From positions 2,272,001 to 2,336,000 of the forward strand of contig CBDCJO010000002.1 in assembly GCA_965217865.1 (NCBI GenBank): a stretch of 64,000 nucleotides of DNA, in the 5' to 3' direction. The DNA is from Candidatus Latescibacterota bacterium (GTDB lineage: Bacteria > Latescibacterota > UBA2968 > SICM01). A model generated the notes under the pieces. It had not been told where the DNA came from and made no database searches. It saw only the letters and a list, made by a program, of their open reading frames with translations. How positions within the stretch are numbered: position 1 is the first letter of the stretch; the number at the start of each line of letters is the position of its first letter. Shown here in pieces: positions 32,313 through 41,241 of this stretch. The position numbers were made by a program, and so were the translations under genes.

Positions 32313-33191
32313 CTATTCGGGAAAGCCGTCGTCGCGCGCATCGCGACGAAACCGGGCCATCCTCCGCCAATCGTGATCCTTGCCCACGACCCAGTCGGTC
32401 GGAGGCCGTGGCTCACCGAGCAGCCACCGCTCCTCGTCCGTGAACTGGGACATGTCACCCGGATAGGGCACGTCCCGATGGATCGGGTGCATTAAGGTCG
32501 GGCAGTACTGAAAATAACAGATCCGGCGGGGATGCTCGGACGCGTTCGGCTGCGCCTGATGCCAGATTCCGTTGTGAAAGCAGACAATCGTGCCTGCCTT
32601 TGCCCTGACGGTAACATGGTTGTGGCTGAAATCCACTTCACGGTTCTTATTCCATCGCACGTAACGCAGCGATGTGCGGGCCTGTAATACAGGTTTGAGG
32701 TGCGAGCCGCGAATCACCTCCAGAGTGCCCGAGTCCTCGTGCAGCGCATCCGAGAGAAAATAACCGAACCGCAGGGTGTGCATAGGGCAGCGGCCGTCTA
32801 CTTCCGGGAATCCGACCGGACCGTCGGAATGCCAGCCAATGCTTCCACGACTCCGTTCCGGATTCTGGTATTTCACCCGCCACGTATCTTGTCCCAGGTG
32901 AAACATCGGGCCAAAGACATCGTAGCTCAACTGCAAGGCGGGCTTGTACATCAGAAACTCACGGAAAACCGGGTCCGACTCCACGATATTCGTCTCTATG
33001 AAGAAACGCTGTTCGGGATCTTCCGCCCGGCCTTTTTCACAGAACGTGTCCATATAAGCTATGGCGCGATCGACCATGTCCTGCGGCAATGTGAACGGCA
33101 GGATGGCATAACTGTCTGCCCCTATGCGCGCAAGGATCTCGTCGCGCTGTGCATCGGTCAATGAGTGTTCGGCCTCTCTTGTTCCGTTCAT
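32313..33191 (-). CDS. phytanoyl-CoA dioxygenase (PhyH) family Fe(II)/2-oxoglutarate dioxygenase
   Basis: WHSDG, GTLEVIRGSH, AGTIVCFHNGIWH, PRR. Confidence 0.88.
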   Translation of the reverse strand: MNGTREAEHSLTDAQRDEILARIGADSYAILPFTLPQDMVDRAIAYMDTFCEKGRAEDPEQRFFIETNIVESDPVFREFLMYKPALQLSYDVFGPMFHLGQDTWRVKYQNPERSRGSIGWHSDGPVGFPEVDGRCPMHTLRFGYFLSDALHEDSGTLEVIRGSHLKPVLQARTSLRYVRWNKNREVDFSHNHVTVRAKAGTIVCFHNGIWHQAQPNASEHPRRICYFQYCPTLMHPIHRDVPYPGDMSQFTDEERWLLGEPRPPTDWVVGKDHDWRRMARFRRDARDDGFPE

Positions 33192-33326
33192 GGCCCTCTT
33201 TCATTCACGCATCGGGTTCGTATAGGACCTTCGCTGAAACCCTACACCCGATCCTGACTATCGGTTTTGACTTCCCTGACCTCTGACCTCCGGCCTCTGC
33301 TTTTTGCATTTCCATTTTGCATTCCC

Positions 33327-34217
33327 TTAATCTGGAAACCCATCGTCCCGCGCATCGCGACGAAACCTCGACATGCGTTTCCATTCCTCTTCGGTTCCGA
33401 CCCCCCAGCTGGCGGGGGGGCGCGGCTCGCCCAGAAGCCAGCGCTCCTCGTCCGTGAAGGGCGACATATCCCCCGGATAGGGCGTGACCCGATGGAAGGA
33501 ATGCATCATTGTTGGGCAGTACTGAAAAAAACAGATCTTTCGCGGCTGATCCGACCGGTTCGGTTGGGCCTGATGCCAGATCGCATTGTGGAAGGCGACA
33601 ATCGTGCCTGCTTTTCCCTTCACCGTCACATGGTTGAGCGTAAAATTGTCGTCACGTTTATCCTCCCGCACGTAGCGAATCGACCGGCGGGCGTGCAGGA
33701 CCGTCTTCAGATGAGAGCCACGGATCACTTCCAGGGTCCCCGAATCGTCATGCAAGGCATCCGATAGAAGATAGCCGAAGCGCAACGTATGTAGGGCGCA
33801 GCGCCCGTCCACCTGGGGAAAGTTCACCGGGCCGTCAGAGTGCCAGGTAATTGATCCCGGATCTGCTAACGTCGTCAGATCCTTTGGATCATGGTATTTC
33901 ACGCGCCACGTATCCTGTCCCAGGTGAAACATCGGGCCAAAGACATCGTAGCTCAACTGCAAGGCAGGCTTGTACATCAGAAACTCGCGGAAAACCGGGT
34001 CCGACTCCACGATATTCGTCTCACTGAAATAATATTGCTGTGGGTTTTCTGCCCGGCCTTTATCGCAGCACGTGTCCATATAAGCAACGGCGCGATCGAT
34101 CATGTCCTGCGGCAATGTGAACGGCAGGATGACAAAACTTTCTGCCTCTATGCGCGCGAGGATCTCGTCGCGTTGTGCATCGGTCAATGAGTGTCCGGCC
34201 TCTGTTGTTCCTTTCAT
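33327..34217 (-). CDS. PhyH family dioxygenase, tandem paralog
   Basis: Same motifs as 32313-33191, with long identical stretches. Confidence 0.88.
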   Translation of the reverse strand: MKGTTEAGHSLTDAQRDEILARIEAESFVILPFTLPQDMIDRAVAYMDTCCDKGRAENPQQYYFSETNIVESDPVFREFLMYKPALQLSYDVFGPMFHLGQDTWRVKYHDPKDLTTLADPGSITWHSDGPVNFPQVDGRCALHTLRFGYLLSDALHDDSGTLEVIRGSHLKTVLHARRSIRYVREDKRDDNFTLNHVTVKGKAGTIVAFHNAIWHQAQPNRSDQPRKICFFQYCPTMMHSFHRVTPYPGDMSPFTDEERWLLGEPRPPASWGVGTEEEWKRMSRFRRDARDDGFPD

Positions 34218-34399
34218 AGCCCCCCTCCCTTAATACAAAGGTTTCGTATCGAAACGATCCTGGAATTGAAATAAAACCCGGGTTCAATCGTGTTATTAGA
34301 GTCTTACGATCCAACTTCTACTCAAGATCATACACATCTTTTTGTTTCGGTTGAATACTGCGAAACCCGCAAAAGGGAGTATGACATTCAACCGAACTT

Positions 34400-34455
34400 C
34401 CCCCTCTCCCCGTACCCTGGGAGAGGGGTGCCGAGCTTGCGAGGCGGGGTGAGGG
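34400..34455. repeat. REP-like palindrome
   Basis: CCCCTCTCCC-CGTACCCT-GGGAGAGGGG...GGGGTGAGGG. Related stem at ~39014 (CCCCCTTCCC-TTTA-GGGAAGGGGG). Confidence 0.6.
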
Positions 34456-34608
34456 AGCACGACGGCATGTCAAAATATCATATCACCTTCCGGAAAATTC
34501 ATACGCACAGTGCTTGCATCTTTTTGGTTGCTGGTGAGGAAACCGAAGGCGCGATAGGATAAAAAACGAAAAGAACAGATCGAAAGCCTATTTTGCTGCA
34601 GAATCACT

Positions 34609-35553
34609 TTACAAAAGATTAAGTTGAGTCTGACTGGCTTGACGGTCGTGGTGGCCCTTCGATTCTTGCACCACCCTGCAGGAGTAATCGAAGTATTCAT
34701 CGTCTATCTCGAATCCCGTGAAATCGATCCCAAGACTTTTTGCAGCCAGAGCAGAATGTCCTAAGCCCAGGAAGGGATCCAAAACGTGCTCTGCTCTTTC
34801 GATTCCATGAAGAAGGATGCAGTTCCGGGGGATTTTCCAGGGGAAGGTTGCGGGGTGGGGTCGTTCCCTGTCCCGCCTCTGTATTGTCGTATACGGAACG
34901 AACCAGGTATTGCCACGACACCTCAGGTCCTTTCCTCCGGTATTCCACCTGGAAACGTTCGACTTGTCCTGGTACTCAACACCGATTGCCAGCCGATCGA
35001 GCGGCACATCGCCGTTCTTTGTCAGATGAAAGATGTATTCGTGACAGTCATGGATGAATCGAGGACTGTTAATCGGCTTGTAGTGGCCGACTGCAAATCC
35101 CCCGGGAATCCCAGTTTGTTTTCCGACATCGTCAGCGTCGACGGCGATCGACTTGATCCAATGAATCACATTTTGTAGACAGAAATGTTGTCGTAATGCT
35201 GACACCACCTCAAACGGCCCCCAGGGATCGGATGGTTTATGGCCAATGTTGAGAAAAAGAGACCCGCTGTCATCCATCACTTCCTTTAGGACTTTCCCCC
35301 AGGATGCGATCCAGGCGATGTATTCCTCCCGGGGAACAGAATCATCGTATTTTCCGTATTTGACTCCAAGATTATAAGGCGGGGAAGTCACCACAACATC
35401 GATTGACCTGGGCTTCAATCCCTCTCTGATGCCTGCGATGCAGTCCTTGTGATAAAGTGTAATCTTCGAGTTTTCCGTCTTCCAGACATACGAGTCCTCG
35501 GATTTCCTTTTTTGTCCTTCGTCCATTACGTTCGCTTTTCCAGACAATGCCAT
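34609..35553 (-). CDS. site-specific DNA methyltransferase, beta class (N4-C/N6-A)
   Basis: Motif IV VVTSPPYN precedes HPATFP and motif I VLDPFLGLG, GFEID. Confidence 0.92.
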   Translation of the reverse strand: MALSGKANVMDEGQKRKSEDSYVWKTENSKITLYHKDCIAGIREGLKPRSIDVVVTSPPYNLGVKYGKYDDSVPREEYIAWIASWGKVLKEVMDDSGSLFLNIGHKPSDPWGPFEVVSALRQHFCLQNVIHWIKSIAVDADDVGKQTGIPGGFAVGHYKPINSPRFIHDCHEYIFHLTKNGDVPLDRLAIGVEYQDKSNVSRWNTGGKDLRCRGNTWFVPYTTIQRRDRERPHPATFPWKIPRNCILLHGIERAEHVLDPFLGLGHSALAAKSLGIDFTGFEIDDEYFDYSCRVVQESKGHHDRQASQTQLNLL

Positions 35554-35589
35554 CTGCTACATCCTTTTGCACGCCTCATGTTTCACAGT

Positions 35590-35700
35590 TTCTCTTCCCC
35601 GACCCCTGATCTCCGACCTCCGACACCTGACTTTGCCTATCCTGTCTCCTGCTACTACTACTGCTACTACCTTTTCCCGTTTCACGTCTGACGTCTCACG
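35590..35700 (-). repeat. mosaic short-word repeat tract
   Basis: CCGACCT, CTGCTA/CTACTA and CACGTCT words. Confidence 0.8.
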
Positions 35701-38700
35701 ATTTCCCTTCCACCTCTCCGACCAACCCTTTATCTCGAACCGCCTTCAGCAAAACCTCATCCTCCATCAGTCTCAGAAACCGCAGCGCTTCAGCCCGGTC
35801 TCCCGGATCAGTGCCCAGAAGTGCCACCCGCGCAAGCAAGTCAGCCGCTTTCTGTTCTCCGCTCCTGGCCAGAGACGCCTGTGCGGTCCGCCGGACGATT
35901 GGATGCGGGTCGTCCAACATAGACTGAATCCTCTCCAGGTCCGGGGACGAGAAAGCGCCTATCCTGCGTAAGGCATCCTGTCGGACCTTCCAGTCCCGGC
36001 TCCCGAGATTTTCCATCAGAGTCTCATAACCAACCGGAAGCTCCGGGTCCACCTCCCACTGCCATCTATTGGCGGACGAATCCAGGGAAGCCATCGGATC
36101 GGTCGGAATGCCCGAAGACGGGTCCGGCATGCCGATGTAAAGATTTCCATCCCGTACGATCTGCCCGGCCCCTCGGAGCCAGGGATAGAAATTTTGATCC
36201 TTGCCGCAGCGCTGAACCTCTGAGGACGTTGCGATGCGCGGTCCGGACATCCGTTCTCCGGACAACTCCTGGTGATCAATGTCATCCCACGCGGTCCCAA
36301 AAGGCGTCACGCCGTAAATTTCCCCCTCTCGGGTCTCGATGGACAGGACCTCCCCGCTGATTTCCGAAACGTCGCCCTGCGTCAACGATTCGACGCGTAC
36401 CCTCTCCCGGCCCCAGGGGTTTGCGACCCGGCAGGTTCCGTCGTGTGTTCCCCGGACCGAAAAGGTGGCCACCTGATCGCCCCTCCGTTCGGAACTGAGC
36501 AGGAACCCCCCCTCGATCCTGAAGTTCGCGAACCGCATCGGTTCCCCCGGCAAGGCCCCCGGGAAAAGATGCACCACCCCGTGCCTAACTTGTAAAAGCC
36601 ACTCGTGGACACACGCGCAGAGGACATTCGTCCCCTCGACGATCGACAGCCGTCCGATCTCCCACTCCCCCTGTCTCAGATCGGCGAGGGCGACCTGTCC
36701 GTTCGGCTTCAGGCAGAACCTCAGAAACGGACTGTAGAACAGATTCCGGGAAAGATCAGGAAGGTCGAGCCGGGAAGCGACGATCGGAAGCCACCCCGAC
36801 GTGAACCCGACCGGTTCAAATCCTCCATCAAATCCCGGAAACGCCTCGTGCCTGGCCACACCCCGGTAAGCGATCAGGTCCGTCGTGATCTCCAGAGTCT
36901 TCAGGAATTTTTCATAAAGGGGATGGTTGGGTGTGACCTCGCAGACGGGATAGACCCCCGCGAACACCGAGGGGTGACAGCGGTACGGATGGGCGACCAT
37001 TTGGGACTCATGAACCGATTGGCCGTCCTGGGGGTAGTCGAATAGACGCTCTCTCATCTCCAGCCATGTCCGGTTCTCATCCTCCTCTCCAAGAACCTCC
37101 CCCGCCTCGATCAGGTGGTCCATGAGCGAACCGAACATCGCCCGGTCGATGGCAGGGTCGAACCCGGACCCGGATTGTTCGGGAGATTGCGATTCGACCA
37201 GGTGGACCCTGCCGTCCTTCCCCTCACTCATCACCGACTCGCCGTACCGGGCGCAAGAGGCCATGAGCGGATAGAGATAGTCTCGAAGAAAGGCCACGTC
37301 CCCGGTCAGCTTGTAGTGCTGCCAGAAATTAAGATGGAACCACGGCGTCGACGATTTGTGAGGGTTCGGATAGACGGTTGCCAGCCAGCGATGCCCCCCT
37401 GCCCATAGCGGGAGCGCCTGGTGCGCGACCTCCATTCCCCCGTGGGGAGAATGCTCGATGAACTCCGGGATCATCTCCAGGAAAGTGCGCACGTAGGGAT
37501 ACCCCAGATCGAGTCTGTTGGAGGGATAGATGGACCACCAGATCACGGGTACCTGTGCGTCCGTGGTGTACCCGTCCATCCAGGGTGGATTATCGCGCAT
37601 GTAGGATAGCCCCATAAAGGAGGTAGCCTGTTCGCTGCGCGACACGCACGCCTGCTGATACATCCCAAAGTAGTACGCGTGCTCGATGAACTTATCCGGC
37701 AAGTCCACGAACGATGCGTTCCAGTATCTGCCCCACCTGTCGCGATGCGTCGACCGGTCCGCTTCGGGATCCACGGATGCGCCTTCCGCTGTCATGTCCC
37801 TTGCTCGGGCAAGAGGCGTCCCGCACTCCCGGTCTGTGACGATCGATACCAGGATTTCAAAGTCGAACGAACGGGAAGACGGAAGTTTCAAGCTTCGTCC
37901 GTTCCTGTCCGCCACGTTCTCGTGGCCGACTTGCGCCTCGGAGCTTTTGACGATTGCCGAGATCGCATACGACATGTTCGGAAGCAAGTGTTCCATCCAG
38001 ATCTCCCGGTCTTTCCCGTCGTAGCCGATTGAGCTCGAAGCCCCTGTAGCAGGGAATTTATGAGCTGGCCGTTCCAGACTGATCCGTGGCGACACCGGCC
38101 CATCCGATCGGACGTGACAACGAATCCTCGCCAGGTTCCGGTCCCCCTGAACGTAAGCGGCCACACGAGCTTCCCACCCATCCCCTGACCAGGTGCGCTC
38201 GACCCTCCCCTCATACAGCGACAGCCGGTCCTCGAATCGGTCGGCTTCGGGATTGAAGGGCCTTCCTATGTCGATGCTTAACAGCCCCCCCCAGCAGCGG
38301 CCCGTCCCCACGCCCCGGTCATCTGTTGCCCAGAGATCCGTCTTCTGCATCCAGAAACAGAATCCTTCCCCTCCAGTAATCATGCCCCCGAAATCCCCAT
38401 TTCCGACCAAGAGCCCGTCCTGCCAGTGATCCACGGGACGTCGATAAACGATATCGTGCTGAGAAAGGTAGGCCTCCACGTCAGGCCGGAATCGAGATCC
38501 CGCAAAACAATCTCCCGCCCAGGCAGATTCCTGGATTCGCTGCCGCAGCGTCTCCCCCATTCGATCGAGGCGCAGGGGAATTCGCACGCGTTTTGGGACC
38601 GTGAAATTTCCCGCGGCCCACTGAACTCCCCGGGTTAATTCTACCTCCACCCCAACTGGAATCTCCTTCCCAACTTCACCCTCATCCACCGGAATCCAGA

Positions 38701-38923
38701 ACCCCAACCGGACCTCCTCTTTCTCACGAACATCGTGCGTCACCGACTTGACTTCTTCCCCATTCCCGTCCGTACGCCGCAAAGTGATTCGACACCCCTC
38801 CGGGAAACCATCTCCATCCGAAAGGGTCACAAATACGATCTGCCGGTATACCCCGTCCTTATCGATCACCGCTTCCGGTGCTGCGCGAATGGCGTGGATA
38901 TTCACGTGTAAAACCTTGTCCAT
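35696..38923 (-). CDS. GH95/GH65-like (alpha/alpha)6 glycoside hydrolase with C-terminal HEAT repeats
   Basis: GLLVGNGDFG, HRDRWGRYW, SQSPEQ, HPS..AGVYP, LLQ..VHLFP, RIEGGFLLS. HEAT-like VRQDALR and DDPHPIVRRTA. Confidence 0.7.
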   Translation of the reverse strand: MDKVLHVNIHAIRAAPEAVIDKDGVYRQIVFVTLSDGDGFPEGCRITLRRTDGNGEEVKSVTHDVREKEEVRLGFWIPVDEGEVGKEIPVGVEVELTRGVQWAAGNFTVPKRVRIPLRLDRMGETLRQRIQESAWAGDCFAGSRFRPDVEAYLSQHDIVYRRPVDHWQDGLLVGNGDFGGMITGGEGFCFWMQKTDLWATDDRGVGTGRCWGGLLSIDIGRPFNPEADRFEDRLSLYEGRVERTWSGDGWEARVAAYVQGDRNLARIRCHVRSDGPVSPRISLERPAHKFPATGASSSIGYDGKDREIWMEHLLPNMSYAISAIVKSSEAQVGHENVADRNGRSLKLPSSRSFDFEILVSIVTDRECGTPLARARDMTAEGASVDPEADRSTHRDRWGRYWNASFVDLPDKFIEHAYYFGMYQQACVSRSEQATSFMGLSYMRDNPPWMDGYTTDAQVPVIWWSIYPSNRLDLGYPYVRTFLEMIPEFIEHSPHGGMEVAHQALPLWAGGHRWLATVYPNPHKSSTPWFHLNFWQHYKLTGDVAFLRDYLYPLMASCARYGESVMSEGKDGRVHLVESQSPEQSGSGFDPAIDRAMFGSLMDHLIEAGEVLGEEDENRTWLEMRERLFDYPQDGQSVHESQMVAHPYRCHPSVFAGVYPVCEVTPNHPLYEKFLKTLEITTDLIAYRGVARHEAFPGFDGGFEPVGFTSGWLPIVASRLDLPDLSRNLFYSPFLRFCLKPNGQVALADLRQGEWEIGRLSIVEGTNVLCACVHEWLLQVRHGVVHLFPGALPGEPMRFANFRIEGGFLLSSERRGDQVATFSVRGTHDGTCRVANPWGRERVRVESLTQGDVSEISGEVLSIETREGEIYGVTPFGTAWDDIDHQELSGERMSGPRIATSSEVQRCGKDQNFYPWLRGAGQIVRDGNLYIGMPDPSSGIPTDPMASLDSSANRWQWEVDPELPVGYETLMENLGSRDWKVRQDALRRIGAFSSPDLERIQSMLDDPHPIVRRTAQASLARSGEQKAADLLARVALLGTDPGDRAEALRFLRLMEDEVLLKAVRDKGLVGEVEGKS

Positions 38924-39111
38924 CGTGTTGATGAATGTTACCCAGAACTTGGAATCCGGAACTATGGAGAGAGGAGATCATATGTTTGAAGTTTTGAGGA
39001 AATAAAGCGACATCCCCCTTCCCTTTAGGGAAGGGGGCGCAGGGGGTCTGACACTTAACCGAATTCTATAAGTCCGTCGCTGGTTTTCCGAATCACGATC
39101 CACGGTCCCCG

Positions 39112-39262
39112 GTTTTTTCCGACCTCCGACCCTTGCCTTCGCATTTCCTGCTGCTGCCACCTGCCACTGCTTTTCCCTGCCTCCGCCACTAGTTCAGTTG
39201 AATCTTCAATATTTAATTTCCTTTGTCCCCCGACCTCTGACCCCTGCCTTTCCTGCCACTGG
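39112..39262 (-). repeat. mosaic short-word repeat tract
   Basis: CCGACCT, CTGCCA and TCTTCAA words. Confidence 0.8.
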
Positions 39263-39265
39263 ATT

Positions 39266-41029
39266 TTATCCATCCGACGGCATCGACCATGGTCCCCCCA
39301 TCCTGAAACCGTCCAGGGAAACCATCGGCACGCACCGGAACAGGCTCTTGGCGAACGATTCCATCTCCGGGGTCCCAAGTTCTTCCTGATGGCCAAGCAT
39401 CCTGTGCATCGCCCATCCGGAAAGACGTGAGATGCGTCCGTGGGTGTCCCAGAAGCACAGGCCATCCACCCCCATTGCATAGCAGGTCATCGCACGAACC
39501 CTCATCGAGTCCCCGGATTGGCGACGCGGATAGAGGTCTGCATACAACCGGGTCTCCGTCCCGTCCGTAAACTTTTTAAACGCTTTAAGAATCGGCACGG
39601 CCCCGCTACCGTCCGGAGCCCCCGTGGCTTCAATGTGAACGACAAGATGGTCGACAAGCCCATCGTTCACCCAGGTTTCTACATCCATCCCGTAACATTT
39701 GCAGCTGGTCAGCGGACCTTTGTCCGGGAAGTCTGGCAGCCTGTACGTCGTGGGTATCACATAGCAGGTCTCCAGCCGCCGTCCCTGCTTCACCCCCACC
39801 TCGTCCAGCATGGCTCTCGTCTCCCGCAGGAGTTGCGTCAGGAATCCCGCCTGGTGAGCCAGCACCCGCTCGTCGTAAGGCTCAAGGCTGAGGATGTCCT
39901 CGCCGTGTTTCTCTCGGAACGATTCTCGAACCAGTTCTTCGAAGAGGGCATAAGGCCAGGATCTACAAAAGATGATGTTCACCCCGTCGGCTTCGTAGTC
40001 TTCGACCCACTCCCTGAACAGCGCGACGTACTTCGCCCGTACCTCCGGGAAGGCATGGCTCAATACCCGGGCCGGGTGGCCCTCGCGGGTCACGCAACAC
40101 CACTCAGGATGATCAAGTTGAAACTGTCCGGGACCGCAGTAGCCGAGGTGATTCGGAGGCAGCTGCACCCCCTCCATCCTAACTTGCGGAAATATTTCGA
40201 CTCCGATCTCGTGTGCGCAGCTCACCGCCGCCTCAAGCGGATCGAATCCGGCTTTCCGGTACCGATTTCGGGTTTCATTCGCGATCGCGCGGTACCCGCG
40301 AAACCCCGGTGTCCAGACCTGCTCCGTACCCACCCTCGACGGATAAAAAGTACCCAGCCCCAATGCACACCCCCAGAGGATCGTCCTGAAATCGCTGTCA
40401 AGGAGTCCCTGGAATTCGTTCTGCATATCCTCCTCGGATGCATAACCCCACCGGGAGTGCTGTCCGCTGTCGTGGTTGGCGATCAGCCGCCGCGTATCCC
40501 TCCGGGCCCGGTCCCCTTCAGCCCGTTCAGCCTCGGTCTGCGAAAGCGGAACGATTCGCACATAGCATATGTTTGTTGGGGACTCAGCGTCAACTCCCGC
40601 TTGGGGACGGTGAAACACCAGATCCTGTCCGGTCAGGTTTGCGAATTTCCAGAACGCCTCGCTGATGTCGGCCTCACCCGGAATCATCTCCGGAGGCACG
40701 ATATCCTTATTCGGCCTGAAGTTCTCAACGGTCGCATACGAATAGGCCGGATCCCCCGTTAACTTCAGAAACAAGATCAGGTCATCCGACTGATATGAAG
40801 CGCCGGGATAGGTTCCCACATAAATCGCGTGCCAGCCCTCGGCACTCAGCTTGAGGACGATCGGGGGGGCATCCATATCCGGCCCACAGAAAAGCATCCG
40901 GCCGGTGCCCGCCTCGATCTCATATTCGACCGCCGTCCATTTTCCCTTCTCAAACTTCGAGGAGATGGAGGATTTCGGCTCGCATCGGGAAAGGTCCAGA
41001 AAATATTTCGATTCGGATTCTCTATCCAT
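39266..41029 (-). CDS. putative TIM-barrel glycoside hydrolase (GHL10/DUF187-like)
   Basis: FYPSRVG, DPLEAAVSCAHEIG, HPEW, AFPEVR, DGV..IFCR, GVDGLCFWD. Paralog of 55224-56978, which fixes the MDRE start. Confidence 0.65.
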   Translation of the reverse strand: MDRESESKYFLDLSRCEPKSSISSKFEKGKWTAVEYEIEAGTGRMLFCGPDMDAPPIVLKLSAEGWHAIYVGTYPGASYQSDDLILFLKLTGDPAYSYATVENFRPNKDIVPPEMIPGEADISEAFWKFANLTGQDLVFHRPQAGVDAESPTNICYVRIVPLSQTEAERAEGDRARRDTRRLIANHDSGQHSRWGYASEEDMQNEFQGLLDSDFRTILWGCALGLGTFYPSRVGTEQVWTPGFRGYRAIANETRNRYRKAGFDPLEAAVSCAHEIGVEIFPQVRMEGVQLPPNHLGYCGPGQFQLDHPEWCCVTREGHPARVLSHAFPEVRAKYVALFREWVEDYEADGVNIIFCRSWPYALFEELVRESFREKHGEDILSLEPYDERVLAHQAGFLTQLLRETRAMLDEVGVKQGRRLETCYVIPTTYRLPDFPDKGPLTSCKCYGMDVETWVNDGLVDHLVVHIEATGAPDGSGAVPILKAFKKFTDGTETRLYADLYPRRQSGDSMRVRAMTCYAMGVDGLCFWDTHGRISRLSGWAMHRMLGHQEELGTPEMESFAKSLFRCVPMVSLDGFRMGGPWSMPSDG

Positions 41030-41064
41030 AAACCAACCCCCCTTGAGAGATACCCTAATTTTCA

Positions 41065-41240
41065 TTTCCCCTGACTTCCGACCCACTGTCTTTGTTCCTG
41101 CCACTGCCCCCTACCACTGCTTCTGCTTTCCCTGACCGTCCTACCTCTGACCTACTGCTCTTCCCGTTTCACGTTTGACGTTTGACAGCTTTTCCGACCT
41201 CCGACCCCTTTTGCATTTTCCAATTTCCATTTTTCATTTC
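41065..41240 (-). repeat. mosaic short-word repeat tract
   Basis: CTGAC/CCGAC, CTGCCA, GACGTTT and TTTGCAT words. Confidence 0.8.
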
Positions 41241-41241
41241 C

